A stretch of DNA of 64,000 nucleotides, from the NCBI GenBank assembly GCA_028282585.1, contig JANQHR010000102.1, positions 32,001 through 96,000 of the forward strand, given 5' to 3'. Under the pieces are notes generated by a model, which saw only the letters and a list, made by a program, of their open reading frames with translations, was not told the DNA's origin and searched no databases. Every line of letters starts with the position of its first letter. Position 1 is the stretch's first letter. Shown here piece by piece: positions 39,142 through 49,305 of the stretch. The translations under genes and the position numbers were made by a program. The stretch is from Bacteroidales bacterium. Its GTDB lineage: Bacteria; Bacteroidota; Bacteroidia; Bacteroidales; UBA12077.

Positions 39142-39924
39142 CTAATTTTTCAAATTTCTTTGCGAATCGTCAAACATATCTTTTGCTTCTTTTATATATT
39201 CGCTTTTGGGCCATTCTCCCATAAACGAATAATACTCATCAACAGTAGATTGATATCTTTCCGTTTTTTTTGTATCTACGCTGTTTTCTGCTAATAAAAA
39301 CTTCGACTTAAGAATCATAAACATTAATTCTTCTCGGTAATCTGTTTCCGGAAAATCGTCTAAACTATTATTTAAAGCAATTATAGCTGCCTTATAATCG
39401 CCAAGATTATAATATAATTTGGCACTTTGATATGATTTCTCCACTAATTTATTTCTTAGCTCTTCAATATACCTTGCGCATTCAGCTTTTCTTTCACTAT
39501 TCGGATATCTCGATAGGTACAGTCCAAATAATGAAATTGCTTGATAAGAATATGCTTGATCCAAACTTGGTCGTGGTGACATTAGATAAGTACAATAAGC
39601 ATTCATAAATTCAGCTTCTTGAGCGAATCTACTATTTCCATATATTTTTCTAAACTCATCAAAATAATGAGATGCAAGCAGGTAACTTTTTTGATAATAA
39701 CTACTATATGCAGTGTAAAAATATACGGTATCTGCTTGTTTTGTACCCCTTAATATAGGTTTTAGTTGCTCAAATAAACCTTCAGCCCTAACATAATCTT
39801 CTTCAGCATAATATTCAAGGGCTTTTTTATACTTTAAACTATAATCACGACTCTTCAATAATTTTTCGTACTTACACGACGAAACTATTGCCAACAGTAG
39901 AATAAACGGTATTAATCTTTTCAT
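39142..39924 (-). CDS. bamD: Outer-membrane assembly lipoprotein BamD
   Basis: Lipobox VSSC, TPR-like helices and SPRPSLDQ; start 39924 preferred because a TACATTTG -7 element overlaps the longer start. Confidence 0.9.
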   Translation of the reverse strand: MKRLIPFILLLAIVSSCKYEKLLKSRDYSLKYKKALEYYAEEDYVRAEGLFEQLKPILRGTKQADTVYFYTAYSSYYQKSYLLASHYFDEFRKIYGNSRFAQEAEFMNAYCTYLMSPRPSLDQAYSYQAISLFGLYLSRYPNSERKAECARYIEELRNKLVEKSYQSAKLYYNLGDYKAAIIALNNSLDDFPETDYREELMFMILKSKFLLAENSVDTKKTERYQSTVDEYYSFMGEWPKSEYIKEAKDMFDDSQRNLKN

Positions 39925-40085
39925 TTTTTCAAACATTTTGCAAATGTACAATTTTAGTTTAAAATGCTAAAATTTAATTACACTAAACGCTGATTTTATT
40001 TAATTTATTTTCATCAATTTGCAATTTTTTCAAAAAAACGTACTTTTGTGCCTTTAATATAAGTAACCAATAAAAATCTATAATC

Positions 40086-41339
40086 GTGGATATTTTTGAA
40101 AAGATAAAACAAAGTATGGGGCCATTAGGCCAACATATGAAAGAAGCTCATGGATATTTTATGTTTCCAAAGTTAGAAGGCGATATTAAACCTAAAATGA
40201 TGTTTAGGGGAAAAGAAGTTCTAACATGGAGTTTAAATAACTACATTGGATTGGCAAATCATCCGGAAGTAAGAAAGACCGATTCTGAAGCTACTGAAGA
40301 GTGGGGGCTAGCTTATCCAATGGGCGCCAGAATGATGTCTGGTCAAACAAGTAAGCATGAAGAACTAGAATCAAAATTAGCTGAATTTGTTGGAAAAGAA
40401 GATGCTTACCTATTAAATTTTGGATATCAGGGAATGGTATCTATTATAGATAGCTTAGTAACAAGAAACGATGTTATCGTTTATGATTCTGAATCACATG
40501 CTTGTATTATGGATGGAGTTTTTCTTCATAAAGCAAAAGGAGGAAAAAGTTTTGTTTTCCCGCATAATGACATGGAAAAGTGTGAGAAAATGTTACAATT
40601 CGCATCTAAAAATGCTACAGGTTGCAAAGGTGGTGTTCTTTTAATTACAGAAGGTGTATTTGGAATGGCCGGTGACTTAGGCAAATTAAAAGAAATTGTA
40701 GCTTTAAAAGATAAATATGATTTCAGGTTATTAGTTGATGATGCTCATGGTTTCGGTACAATGGGCGAAACAGGCGCCGGTACTGGTGAATTTTTAGGAA
40801 TACAGGATGGTATAGATGTTTATTTTTCAACTTTTGCAAAGGCAATGGCTGGAATTGGAGCATTCGTTGCATCTAATGAAGATGTTATTAATTATTTAAG
40901 ATATAATTTGCGATCGCAAATCTTTGCTAAATCTTTACCAATGCCATTAGTAGTTGGTAGTTTAAAAAGATTAGAACTACTGAAAACACAAGATCAATTA
41001 AGAGAAAATCTTTGGGCAGTTGTACGTGCTTTACAAAAAGGATTACGTGATGCCGGTTTTGATTTAGGCGAAACAGAATCTCCTGTAACACCAGTTTATT
41101 TATCAGGAAGTATCCCTGAAGGAACAAATATTACAATGGACTTGCGAGAAAATTATAATGTATTCTGTTCAATTGTTGTATATCCTGTAATTCCTAAAGG
41201 ACAATTATTATTGAGACTTATTCCTACTGCAATGCATACTCTTGAAGATGTTGAATATACTATCAACGCATTTACAGCAGTTAAAAAGAAATTAGAAGCG
41301 GGTGAATATAAGGCAGATAGAATTGCTCCGGTGAAGTAA
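40086..41339 (+). CDS. PLP-dependent alpha-oxoamine synthase, most like cysteate acyltransferase (SulA/CapB) of sulfonolipid synthesis
   Basis: HGYFMFPKLEG, WSLNNYIGLANHPEVR, PMGARMMSGQT, DDAHGFG, TFAK (PLP lysine) and RSQIFAKSLPMP; GTG start. Confidence 0.8.
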   Translation: MDIFEKIKQSMGPLGQHMKEAHGYFMFPKLEGDIKPKMMFRGKEVLTWSLNNYIGLANHPEVRKTDSEATEEWGLAYPMGARMMSGQTSKHEELESKLAEFVGKEDAYLLNFGYQGMVSIIDSLVTRNDVIVYDSESHACIMDGVFLHKAKGGKSFVFPHNDMEKCEKMLQFASKNATGCKGGVLLITEGVFGMAGDLGKLKEIVALKDKYDFRLLVDDAHGFGTMGETGAGTGEFLGIQDGIDVYFSTFAKAMAGIGAFVASNEDVINYLRYNLRSQIFAKSLPMPLVVGSLKRLELLKTQDQLRENLWAVVRALQKGLRDAGFDLGETESPVTPVYLSGSIPEGTNITMDLRENYNVFCSIVVYPVIPKGQLLLRLIPTAMHTLEDVEYTINAFTAVKKKLEAGEYKADRIAPVK

Positions 41340-41348
41340 TCATTATAC

Positions 41349-41393
41349 AAAAAATAAGAAAGCCATCTTTAACAGATGGCTTTCTTATTTTTT
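41349..41393. terminator. Strong bidirectional terminator
   Basis: aaaaaataagaaagccatct-N5-agatggctttcttatttttt, a perfect 20-bp inverted repeat between convergent genes. Confidence 0.88.
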
Positions 41394-41405
41394 AATTATC
41401 TGCTA

Positions 41406-42392
41406 TTAAGATCCAAGAAATCGTTCTGCATCCATGGCTGCTCTACAACCAGTCCCAGCGGCAGTAACTGCCTGACGGTAATGAGGGTCCATTACATCGC
41501 CGCATGCAAACACTCCAGGAACTTTTGTAATTGTACTATCTGCTTCGGTTTTAATATAACCTACCTCATCAGTATCCAAATATTCCTTAAATATATCTGA
41601 ATTTGGAGTATGTCCAATTGCCAAAAAGAATCCATGAACATCAATTTTAACCTCCTCACCTTTTCCGTTTGTTAAAATAACTCCTGTTACACCACTCATA
41701 TCACCAACTATTTCCTTTGTTGTATGCTCATAAAGTATTTCTATATTTTTTGTTTTAAAAACTCTATCCTGCATCACTTTAGAAGCACGCATATGATCTT
41801 TTCTGATAATTAAATATACTTTATCACATAATCCTGCCAAATAAGTAGCCTCTTCTGCAGCAGTATCCCCACCCCCCACTACTGCAACATCTTTTCCTTT
41901 ATAAAAGAAACCATCACAAGTGGCACAAGCAGAAACACCCTGACCTTTGAACTTTTCTTCAGATTCTATACCTAAATACTTAGCAGTTGCTCCCGTAGCA
42001 ATAATTAAACTTTCTGCTTCAATAAGCTTTTTACCATCAATTGTAACCTTAAAAGGCCTTTCTGATAAATCTGCTGTCGTAGCCATACCAAACCTAACAT
42101 CGGTTCCAAAACGCTGCGCTTGTTTTTTAAAGTCTTCCATCATTGCAGGGCCTGTTATACCTTCCGGATAACCTGGATAATTCTCAACATCGTTTGTAGT
42201 TGTTAATTGTCCACCTGGTTCCATACCTTCGTACATTACCGGATTTAAGTTTGCTCTTGCCGCATAAATTGCCGCGGTAAATCCTGCCGGACCCGACCCT
42301 ACAATCAGACATTTTACTTTTTCCACTTCAGAATCCACTTGTTTTGGGTTATTTTCTTCTTCTTGATTATCCAATGCTTTAAATAATGCCAT
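41406..42392 (-). CDS. trxB: Thioredoxin reductase
   Basis: GSGPAGFTAA, GVSACATCDGFF, VVGGGDTA and YRQAVTAAG.GC. Confidence 0.97.
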   Translation of the reverse strand: MALFKALDNQEEENNPKQVDSEVEKVKCLIVGSGPAGFTAAIYAARANLNPVMYEGMEPGGQLTTTNDVENYPGYPEGITGPAMMEDFKKQAQRFGTDVRFGMATTADLSERPFKVTIDGKKLIEAESLIIATGATAKYLGIESEEKFKGQGVSACATCDGFFYKGKDVAVVGGGDTAAEEATYLAGLCDKVYLIIRKDHMRASKVMQDRVFKTKNIEILYEHTTKEIVGDMSGVTGVILTNGKGEEVKIDVHGFFLAIGHTPNSDIFKEYLDTDEVGYIKTEADSTITKVPGVFACGDVMDPHYRQAVTAAGTGCRAAMDAERFLGS

Positions 42393-42543
42393 TTTTTTAT
42401 TGTTTATTTAATTGATTTATTTTTCTTTACTAACCATCTAAATATTTTAATAAGTATGGTTTTTTGCATCAATAAATATACCACATTTTAAATAAATATT
42501 AATTTTGCATTTTAAGATTTGATAAGTATTTTTGCTAATTATT

Positions 42544-42618
42544 CGGGATGTAGCTCAGCCAGGTTAGAGTACACGTCTGGGGGGCGTGGGGTCGGAAGTT
42601 CGAATCTTCTCATCCCGA
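42544..42618 (+). tRNA. tRNA-Pro(GGG); CCA not encoded
   Basis: Acceptor stem CGGGATG/CATCCCG, anticodon arm CACGT-CTGGGGG-GCGTG, T-loop GTTCGAAT. Confidence 0.96.
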
Positions 42619-42619
42619 C

Positions 42620-42650
42620 AAAAGCCATAGTTTATATATTATGGCTTTTT
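42620..42650 (+). terminator. Terminator after tRNA-Pro
   Basis: aaaagccata...tatggctttt followed by a T-rich tail. Confidence 0.7.
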
Positions 42651-42721
42651 CTGTCTTTATGTCAGTAATTAATGTAATTATATATTATTAACTTTATGCT
42701 TCTAACGCAAATCTTACATTC

Positions 42722-43735
42722 ATGAAAAAAATTATTATTCTTTCAACTTTAATTCTTGCAAGTATCTTGGTTTTTTCTCAAACGAATAAAAATACGTTCA
42801 CTGCAATGTTTTACAATGTAGAGAATCTTTTTGATACAACTGATGATCCAAATACTAAAGATGATGAATTTACTCCTGAAGGAAGCAAAAGATGGAACAC
42901 GGAAAGGTATGAAAAGAAATTAAAAAATCTATCTATTGTAATTAGTTCTATTAGAGATGATGAATTACCAGAACTGGTTGGTTTATGTGAAATAGAAAAC
43001 CGTAAAGTAATTCATGATTTAATAATGCAAGAAAGAATAAAAAATGCGAGGTACAGATTTGTGCACAAAGATAGCCCTGACACCCGTGGAATTGATGTTG
43101 CTTTGTTATATAATGCCGAAGAATTCCTCTATTTAAATCATAAAATAATTCCAGTAAAACCTGAATTTGATAAAGATTTTAAATCGAGAGATATACTTTA
43201 TGTTAGAGGTATTATTAACAAGAAAGATACATTACATGTTTTTATTAATCATTGGAAATCAAGATGGGGCGGAACAGAAGAAACTGAAAAATACCGCGTT
43301 GAATATGCCAGGTTAGTAAGAAACGAAATAAATCGGATTACAAATGCATATAACCCTTCTAAAATCTTGGTTATGGGAGATCTAAATGATACTCCAAATA
43401 ATAAAAGTGTTAAGGAAATACTAAAAGCAGATAATACAGGTAATAAGGAATCATTGTACAATTTAATGCTTCCATTTACTGAAAAGGGATTAGGAACCCA
43501 TAATTATAAAGGAGAATGGAGTGTATTAGATCATATTATAGTATCCAATTCATTATTAAACAGCGAAACAGGTTTTGTTGTTAAAAATAAAGAAGCGCAT
43601 ATTTTTTCAGCAGGTTGGATCACATATGAAAGCAAAGATGGGTATAAAAGTCCAAACAGGACATATGGAGGATTAAATTATTATGGTGGATATAGCGATC
43701 ATTATCCGGTTTATGTTGTACTTACCAAGAAATAA
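42722..43735 (+). CDS. Secreted endonuclease/exonuclease/phosphatase family protein
   Basis: FYNVENLFD, GLCEIEN, RGIDVALLY, NHW.SR, MGDLND and GYSDHYP. Confidence 0.9.
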   Translation: MKKIIILSTLILASILVFSQTNKNTFTAMFYNVENLFDTTDDPNTKDDEFTPEGSKRWNTERYEKKLKNLSIVISSIRDDELPELVGLCEIENRKVIHDLIMQERIKNARYRFVHKDSPDTRGIDVALLYNAEEFLYLNHKIIPVKPEFDKDFKSRDILYVRGIINKKDTLHVFINHWKSRWGGTEETEKYRVEYARLVRNEINRITNAYNPSKILVMGDLNDTPNNKSVKEILKADNTGNKESLYNLMLPFTEKGLGTHNYKGEWSVLDHIIVSNSLLNSETGFVVKNKEAHIFSAGWITYESKDGYKSPNRTYGGLNYYGGYSDHYPVYVVLTKK

Positions 43736-43741
43736 GTTTTA

Positions 43742-45757
43742 ATGAAATTTAAACTAACTTCTGATTATAAGCCAACTGGAGATCAACCTGAAGCTATAAA
43801 ACAACTTGCAGAAGGAATTGATCGTGGAGATAAATATCAAACTTTGCTTGGAGTAACAGGATCGGGAAAGACTTTCTCTGTTGCAAACGTTATTGAAAAA
43901 GTTGAAAGACCAACCCTCGTATTAAGTCATAATAAAACATTAGCGGCGCAATTATATGGTGAGTTTAAACAATTTTTTCCTGAAAATGCGGTAGAGTATT
44001 TTGTTTCATATTACGATTATTACCAACCGGAAGCCTATTTACCGGTTACTGACACTTATATAGAAAAAGATTTATCAATAAATGAAGAAATCGAAAAATT
44101 AAGACTAAGTGCTACATCTGCATTATTATCAGGAAGAAGAGATGTGATTGTAGTTTCTTCGGTTTCTTGTTTATATGGTATTGGAAATCCCGAAGATTTT
44201 CATAGTAATACTGTTACGATTAACCAGGGACAAACCATTAATAGAAATCAGTTCCTAAGATATTTAGTTGAAAGCCTCTATTCCCGTAGTGAGATTGATT
44301 TTAAACCCGGCACATTCAGGGTTAATGGCGATACCATTGATATTTATCTAGCCTATAGCGATTTGGCCTATAGAGTGGTGTTTTGGGGTGATGAAATAGA
44401 AGAAATAGAATCGTTTGATCCAATTAACAACCAAACAATTGAAAACTTAAAAACAGGAATAATATATCCTGCCAACATATTTGTTACAACAAAAGAACGA
44501 ATGAATAGAGCCATTCATCAGATTCAAGATGATCTATTTGCACAAATTGAATATTTCAAATCAATTGGTAAAAGCTATGAAGCCAAACGAATAAAAGATC
44601 GTGTTGAATATGATCTAGAAATGATCAAGGAGCTTGGCTACTGCCCGGGGATTGAAAATTATTCGAGGTATTTTGACGGAAGAAAACCTGGAACAAGACC
44701 ATTTTGTTTATTGGATTACTTCCCTGATGATTTTTTAACCGTTGTTGATGAAAGTCATGTTACTCTTCCCCAAATTAGAGCTATGTTTGGTGGCGATCAT
44801 TCCCGTAAAAAAAATTTAGTTGAATATGGTTTTAGATTACCGGCAGCAGTTGACAACAGACCTTTAAAATTTGAGGAGTTTGAAGTTTTAACAAAACAAT
44901 TAATGTTTGTTAGTGCTACCCCAGGCGATTATGAGTTTGAAAAATGTGAAGGAGTATTTGTTGAACAAGTTATAAGGCCAACCGGATTACTGGATCCTGA
45001 AATTGAAATAAAACCTTCGTTAAATCAGATTGATGATTTAATGGAGGAAATAAATATTCGAGTTGAAAAAGGCCAAAGAACCTTAGTAACAACTTTAACC
45101 AAAAGAATGGCCGAAGAGCTTACAAAATATTTAACCCGTTTTGAAATTAAATGTAGGTATATCCATTCTGATATTGATACACTGGAACGTGTTGAAATTA
45201 TGGATCAATTGCGGGACGGAACATTTGATGTATTGATTGGGGTGAATCTTTTACGCGAAGGACTTGATCTACCTGAAGTAGCTTTAGTTGCAATTTTAGA
45301 CGCAGATAAAGAAGGTTTTTTACGTTCCAATAGATCACTTACTCAAACCGCCGGACGCGCTGCAAGAAATATTGAAGGAAAAGTAATCATGTATGCAGAC
45401 AAAACTACAGATTCCATGCAGCAAACGATAGATCAAACCGTTTATAGAAGAGAAAAGCAGTTAGCATATAATGAAAAACATGGTATAACTCCTAAACAAA
45501 TTGTAAAGGCATCTCGATCATTAATGGGTAATTACCAGAAAAAAGCTGTCGCAAAAAGTAAAGCTTATTCTGAACCTGAAGGATTAGACATTGCCGCTGA
45601 TCCTATAGTAAAGTATATGGATAAAGTTGCATTGGAAAAGGCGATTGAGAAAACTAAATTATTAATGGAAAAAGCAGCAAAAGAATTAGATTTTCAAGAA
45701 GCAGCCAGACTAAGGGATGAAATGTTTGCATTGCAAGAACTTGCTAAAACGAAATAA
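43742..45757 (+). CDS. uvrB: Excinuclease ABC subunit B
   Basis: PTGDQP, LGVTGSGKT, YYDYYQPEAY, DESH and NLLREGLDLPEV. Confidence 0.98.
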   Translation: MKFKLTSDYKPTGDQPEAIKQLAEGIDRGDKYQTLLGVTGSGKTFSVANVIEKVERPTLVLSHNKTLAAQLYGEFKQFFPENAVEYFVSYYDYYQPEAYLPVTDTYIEKDLSINEEIEKLRLSATSALLSGRRDVIVVSSVSCLYGIGNPEDFHSNTVTINQGQTINRNQFLRYLVESLYSRSEIDFKPGTFRVNGDTIDIYLAYSDLAYRVVFWGDEIEEIESFDPINNQTIENLKTGIIYPANIFVTTKERMNRAIHQIQDDLFAQIEYFKSIGKSYEAKRIKDRVEYDLEMIKELGYCPGIENYSRYFDGRKPGTRPFCLLDYFPDDFLTVVDESHVTLPQIRAMFGGDHSRKKNLVEYGFRLPAAVDNRPLKFEEFEVLTKQLMFVSATPGDYEFEKCEGVFVEQVIRPTGLLDPEIEIKPSLNQIDDLMEEINIRVEKGQRTLVTTLTKRMAEELTKYLTRFEIKCRYIHSDIDTLERVEIMDQLRDGTFDVLIGVNLLREGLDLPEVALVAILDADKEGFLRSNRSLTQTAGRAARNIEGKVIMYADKTTDSMQQTIDQTVYRREKQLAYNEKHGITPKQIVKASRSLMGNYQKKAVAKSKAYSEPEGLDIAADPIVKYMDKVALEKAIEKTKLLMEKAAKELDFQEAARLRDEMFALQELAKTK

Positions 45758-45761
45758 AAGT

Positions 45762-45872
45762 AGGATGTCCGAAAAGTCAAAGTTCAGTTTATCTTTTACA
45801 GAATAAGATATTTGAAAAAAATCTCGTGTTGGGACAAATAAAAAGGGCTGTCGAAAAGTTTTCGGACAGCCC
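45762..45872. mobile_element. MITE-like element; its right end forms a terminator-like hairpin between uvrB and rpoD
   Basis: aggatgtccgaaaa ... ttttcggacagccc (12/14 inverted match), plus an internal copy gggctgtcgaaaagt. Confidence 0.55.
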
Positions 45873-45892
45873 CTCTAAATCTTTTAACAACC

Positions 45893-46753
45893 TTAACCTA
45901 AATAAGACTTTAACAATTTACTTCTTGATGTATGACGTAATCTTCGAATAGCTTTTTCCTTAATCTGCCTAACTCTTTCACGAGTTAATCCAAACCGATC
46001 ACCTATTTCCTCTAAAGTCATCTCTGATACTCCAATTCCAAAAAAGTATCTAACAATATCTCGCTCACGTTCGGTTAGAGTAGCTAATGCTCTATCTACT
46101 TCTCTTTTAAGTGATTCATTTATTAATGTAACATCAGTATTTGGAGAATCATCACTGATAAGAACATCCAGTAAACTACTATCCTCTCCTTCGGCAAAAG
46201 GAGCATCAACCGATACATGGCGTCCTGATACTCTCATCGTATCAGCTACTTTATCTTTTGGAAGCTCTAATTTATCTGCGATTTCATCTGCAGATGGAGT
46301 TCTTTCATTTTCCTGTTCAAATCTTGAAAACGCCTTGTTTATTTTATTCAAAGAACCAACCTGATTCAATGGTAGACGAACAATTCTAGATTGTTCTGCC
46401 AAAGCCTGTAATATAGATTGTCGAATCCACCAAACTGCGTATGATATAAATTTAAAGCCACGAGTTTCATCGAATTTCTCTGCAGCTTTAATTAATCCCA
46501 AATTTCCTTCATTAATCAAATCAGGAAGAGTTAAACCCTGATTTTGGTATTGTTTAGCAACAGAAACGACAAATCTTAAATTAGCTTTAGTTAACTTTTC
46601 CAATGCTAACCGATCTCCCTTTCTAATTTTTTGAGCTAATTCAACTTCCTCTTCTACTGTTACAAGGCCCTCTTTACCAATTTCCTGCAAGTACTTATCG
46701 AGAGAAGCACTTTCCCTGTTAGTAATTGATTTAGTGATTTTTAGTTGTCTCAT
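45893..46753 (-). CDS. rpoD: Primary sigma-70 factor (short Bacteroidota type lacking region 1.1)
   Basis: [40 protein letters not shown] and TRERVRQI. Confidence 0.95.
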   Translation of the reverse strand: MRQLKITKSITNRESASLDKYLQEIGKEGLVTVEEEVELAQKIRKGDRLALEKLTKANLRFVVSVAKQYQNQGLTLPDLINEGNLGLIKAAEKFDETRGFKFISYAVWWIRQSILQALAEQSRIVRLPLNQVGSLNKINKAFSRFEQENERTPSADEIADKLELPKDKVADTMRVSGRHVSVDAPFAEGEDSSLLDVLISDDSPNTDVTLINESLKREVDRALATLTERERDIVRYFFGIGVSEMTLEEIGDRFGLTRERVRQIKEKAIRRLRHTSRSKLLKSYLG

Positions 46754-46835
46754 TGGCTATTAGAAAATTTATGATTATTGTGACTCATTGTCAATGTTTT
46801 CTGCTTAGCCAAAACCTTAAAAAATCCTTTTTTGA

Positions 46836-48323
46836 TCAGTTTAGCTTTACTCTGTACTTATAAACATAAATGTATCTTGTTCCAGAGTGCATAGCTTCAA
46901 TTTCAACAACTTCTCCTTCCTTCTTTTTGCTTAGGATACTTTTAACATCATCAATCCCTTTTACCTTCTGATCTTCTATATGAGTAATAATATACCCTTC
47001 TTCTAAACCTGCTTTTTGTAAGGCTCCATTTTTTATATCTGTTACCCTTACACCATATTCGATATCATATAGCCTTCTGTCACGACTATCCAGAATTCTC
47101 AGAGAAGCTCCAAGGCTTGATATAAATTCCTCGGCTTTGACAATCTCAGTGTTTCCATGCATATTACGTAAAAGAACCTCAAATTGTTTCCTTTTATTCT
47201 CTCTTTTAACCGTAACATATATAGTTTCACCCGGGCGATATTTACCAATCTGAGCAGTTAATTCAGCCGTGCTATTAACCTTTACATTATTAATTTCCAG
47301 AATTATATCACCAGATTTTATTCCTGCTTCTCTAGCTGCACCTTCATTAGCATTTACTATATAAACACCTTCTATCTTATCCAAATTGTTCTTTTCAGCA
47401 ATTTCACTATCAACATCTCTAATTTCAACTCCAAGCACTGCTCTTTGAACTTCGCCAAACTTAATAAGATCTGCTACGACTTTTTTAACCAAATTAATAG
47501 GTATAGCAAATGAATATCCAGAATAAGCTCCGGACGGAGATATAATTGCAGAATTAATACCAACCAGTTCTCCTTTTAGATTTACTAAAGCTCCGCCACT
47601 GTTTCCTTTATTAACAGCAGCATCTGTTTGAATATAAGATTCAATTGTATATTGTGCACGTCTTCTTAGAATATTTATGTTACGTGCTTTTGCGCTAACA
47701 ATACCCGCAGTTACTGTAGAAGTCAAATTAAAGGGATTACCAACGGCCAATACCCATTCTCCTACCTTTAAAATATCAGAATTACCAAGAGCAATATATG
47801 GTAAATCGGTTCCATCTATTTTTAAAAGTGCCAGATCGGTTCCTCTGTCTACCCCTACTAATTCTGCAGTAAAAGTTCTTTTATCATTTAAAACTACCTG
47901 AACTTCATCCGACTTTTCAATTACATGATAATTTGTAACGATATAACCGTCTTCAGAAATTATAACTCCAGAACCAAACGCCTCAATGGGTTGTCTTTGG
48001 ACATCACCGAAGAAAAATTCATAAAGTGGGTTTTCATAATAATCCGTTTCCAAGTTAAATTTTGAAGTTACGTGAACTACCGCATTTACGCTTTTTTCTG
48101 CAGCCTCAGTAAAATCTAAAAATTGTCCATACGAACTTACTGGATCTTGTGTATAGTTTACTAAATTCGAATCTTCTAATATTTCAATTGTATTTTGCTT
48201 TTGGGATTCTAAATCCGGTTTTTCTTCAATCTCATCTTTTATAAAATTCGAATAAATAATTATAGCAAATAGTGATGACAATAATGCTATTAAAATATTA
48301 CCTAAAAATATTCTTGTTTTCAT
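46836..48323 (-). CDS. degP: HtrA/DegP serine protease with two PDZ domains
   Basis: GSGVII, TNYHV, DLALLK and IQTDAAVNKGNSGG. Confidence 0.92.
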   Translation of the reverse strand: MKTRIFLGNILIALLSSLFAIIIYSNFIKDEIEEKPDLESQKQNTIEILEDSNLVNYTQDPVSSYGQFLDFTEAAEKSVNAVVHVTSKFNLETDYYENPLYEFFFGDVQRQPIEAFGSGVIISEDGYIVTNYHVIEKSDEVQVVLNDKRTFTAELVGVDRGTDLALLKIDGTDLPYIALGNSDILKVGEWVLAVGNPFNLTSTVTAGIVSAKARNINILRRRAQYTIESYIQTDAAVNKGNSGGALVNLKGELVGINSAIISPSGAYSGYSFAIPINLVKKVVADLIKFGEVQRAVLGVEIRDVDSEIAEKNNLDKIEGVYIVNANEGAAREAGIKSGDIILEINNVKVNSTAELTAQIGKYRPGETIYVTVKRENKRKQFEVLLRNMHGNTEIVKAEEFISSLGASLRILDSRDRRLYDIEYGVRVTDIKNGALQKAGLEEGYIITHIEDQKVKGIDDVKSILSKKKEGEVVEIEAMHSGTRYIYVYKYRVKLN

Positions 48324-48469
48324 ATCTTTTTTTATTATAGATTCAACCTATTAATTTCAAAATTAATGCCTGCAAAGCTTAAATTAAAAACTGTTTAACA
48401 TTATTTAACAAAAAGTAAACTTTCGCAACTTTTTCCTAATTTATTTATAAGTTTACAAAAAAATGCTAT

Positions 48470-49249
48470 ATGAGGTTCAAATTTCATAAATATCAAGGTA
48501 CAGGAAATGATTTTATTATTATTGATAATAGGGCTAAAAACTTCAATTTAAATCAATTACAGATTATTAATTTGTGTAATAGAAGATTTGGTATTGGTGC
48601 TGATGGTTTAATGTTACTTGAAAAGCATAAAGACTTTGATTTTTTAATGAAGTATTTTAATTCTGACGGTAAAGAAAGCACTATGTGCGGTAATGGAGGG
48701 AGGTGCCTTGTTCGTTATGCATATTCTTTAAATATTACTAATAAAGAAATCCAGTTTATGGCTATAGATGGTAAGCATAAAGCCAAAGTAAATGATAATA
48801 ATACTATTTCTTTACAAATGAATGATGTGTCAGAAATAAATATCGTCAATACTAATTTTTTCCTTAATACCGGTTCACCACATTATGTTACATTTAGAGA
48901 AGATATTAATAACCTGGATGTTTTTAACCGGGGTAGAGAAATAAGATATAGCGCCGAATTTGAACCGGATGGAACAAATGTGAACTTTGTTGAAATTCAG
49001 AATGGTAAAATTTATGTTCGAACTTATGAACGAGGTGTAGAGAACGAGACCTTATCTTGCGGAACTGGTGTTACTGCATCTGCCATTTGTGCATCGTTAT
49101 ACTCAAAATCTGACAAAAATTCATATGACATTTTAACCAAAGGCGGTAATTTGAATGTTTCATTCAAAAAAGTTGATAAAAACAATTTTAAAGATATCTG
49201 GTTAACCGGGCCAGCTGATTTTGTATTTGAAGGAGAAATTGAAATTTAA
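48470..49249 (+). CDS. dapF: Diaminopimelate epimerase
   Basis: KYQGTGNDF, MCGNGGRC, TGSPH and ERGVENETLSCGTG. Confidence 0.96.
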   Translation: MRFKFHKYQGTGNDFIIIDNRAKNFNLNQLQIINLCNRRFGIGADGLMLLEKHKDFDFLMKYFNSDGKESTMCGNGGRCLVRYAYSLNITNKEIQFMAIDGKHKAKVNDNNTISLQMNDVSEINIVNTNFFLNTGSPHYVTFREDINNLDVFNRGREIRYSAEFEPDGTNVNFVEIQNGKIYVRTYERGVENETLSCGTGVTASAICASLYSKSDKNSYDILTKGGNLNVSFKKVDKNNFKDIWLTGPADFVFEGEIEI

Positions 49250-49305
49250 ACTTTAATCCAAATCAAAAGTCAAAAGTAAAATCCTAAAATTAAATCTATA
49301 TTATC

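Noticed and set aside
42544-42720. tRNA-Pro as an island integration site
   Set aside because: There is no adjacent integrase, I saw no duplicate of the tRNA 3' end, and the flanking genes are core genes.
1404-47901. Many short ORFs nested in or antisense to core genes (e.g. 32749-33309, 35140-35556, 27925-28281)
   Set aside because: They have no recognisable motifs and overlap confidently identified genes on another frame or strand.
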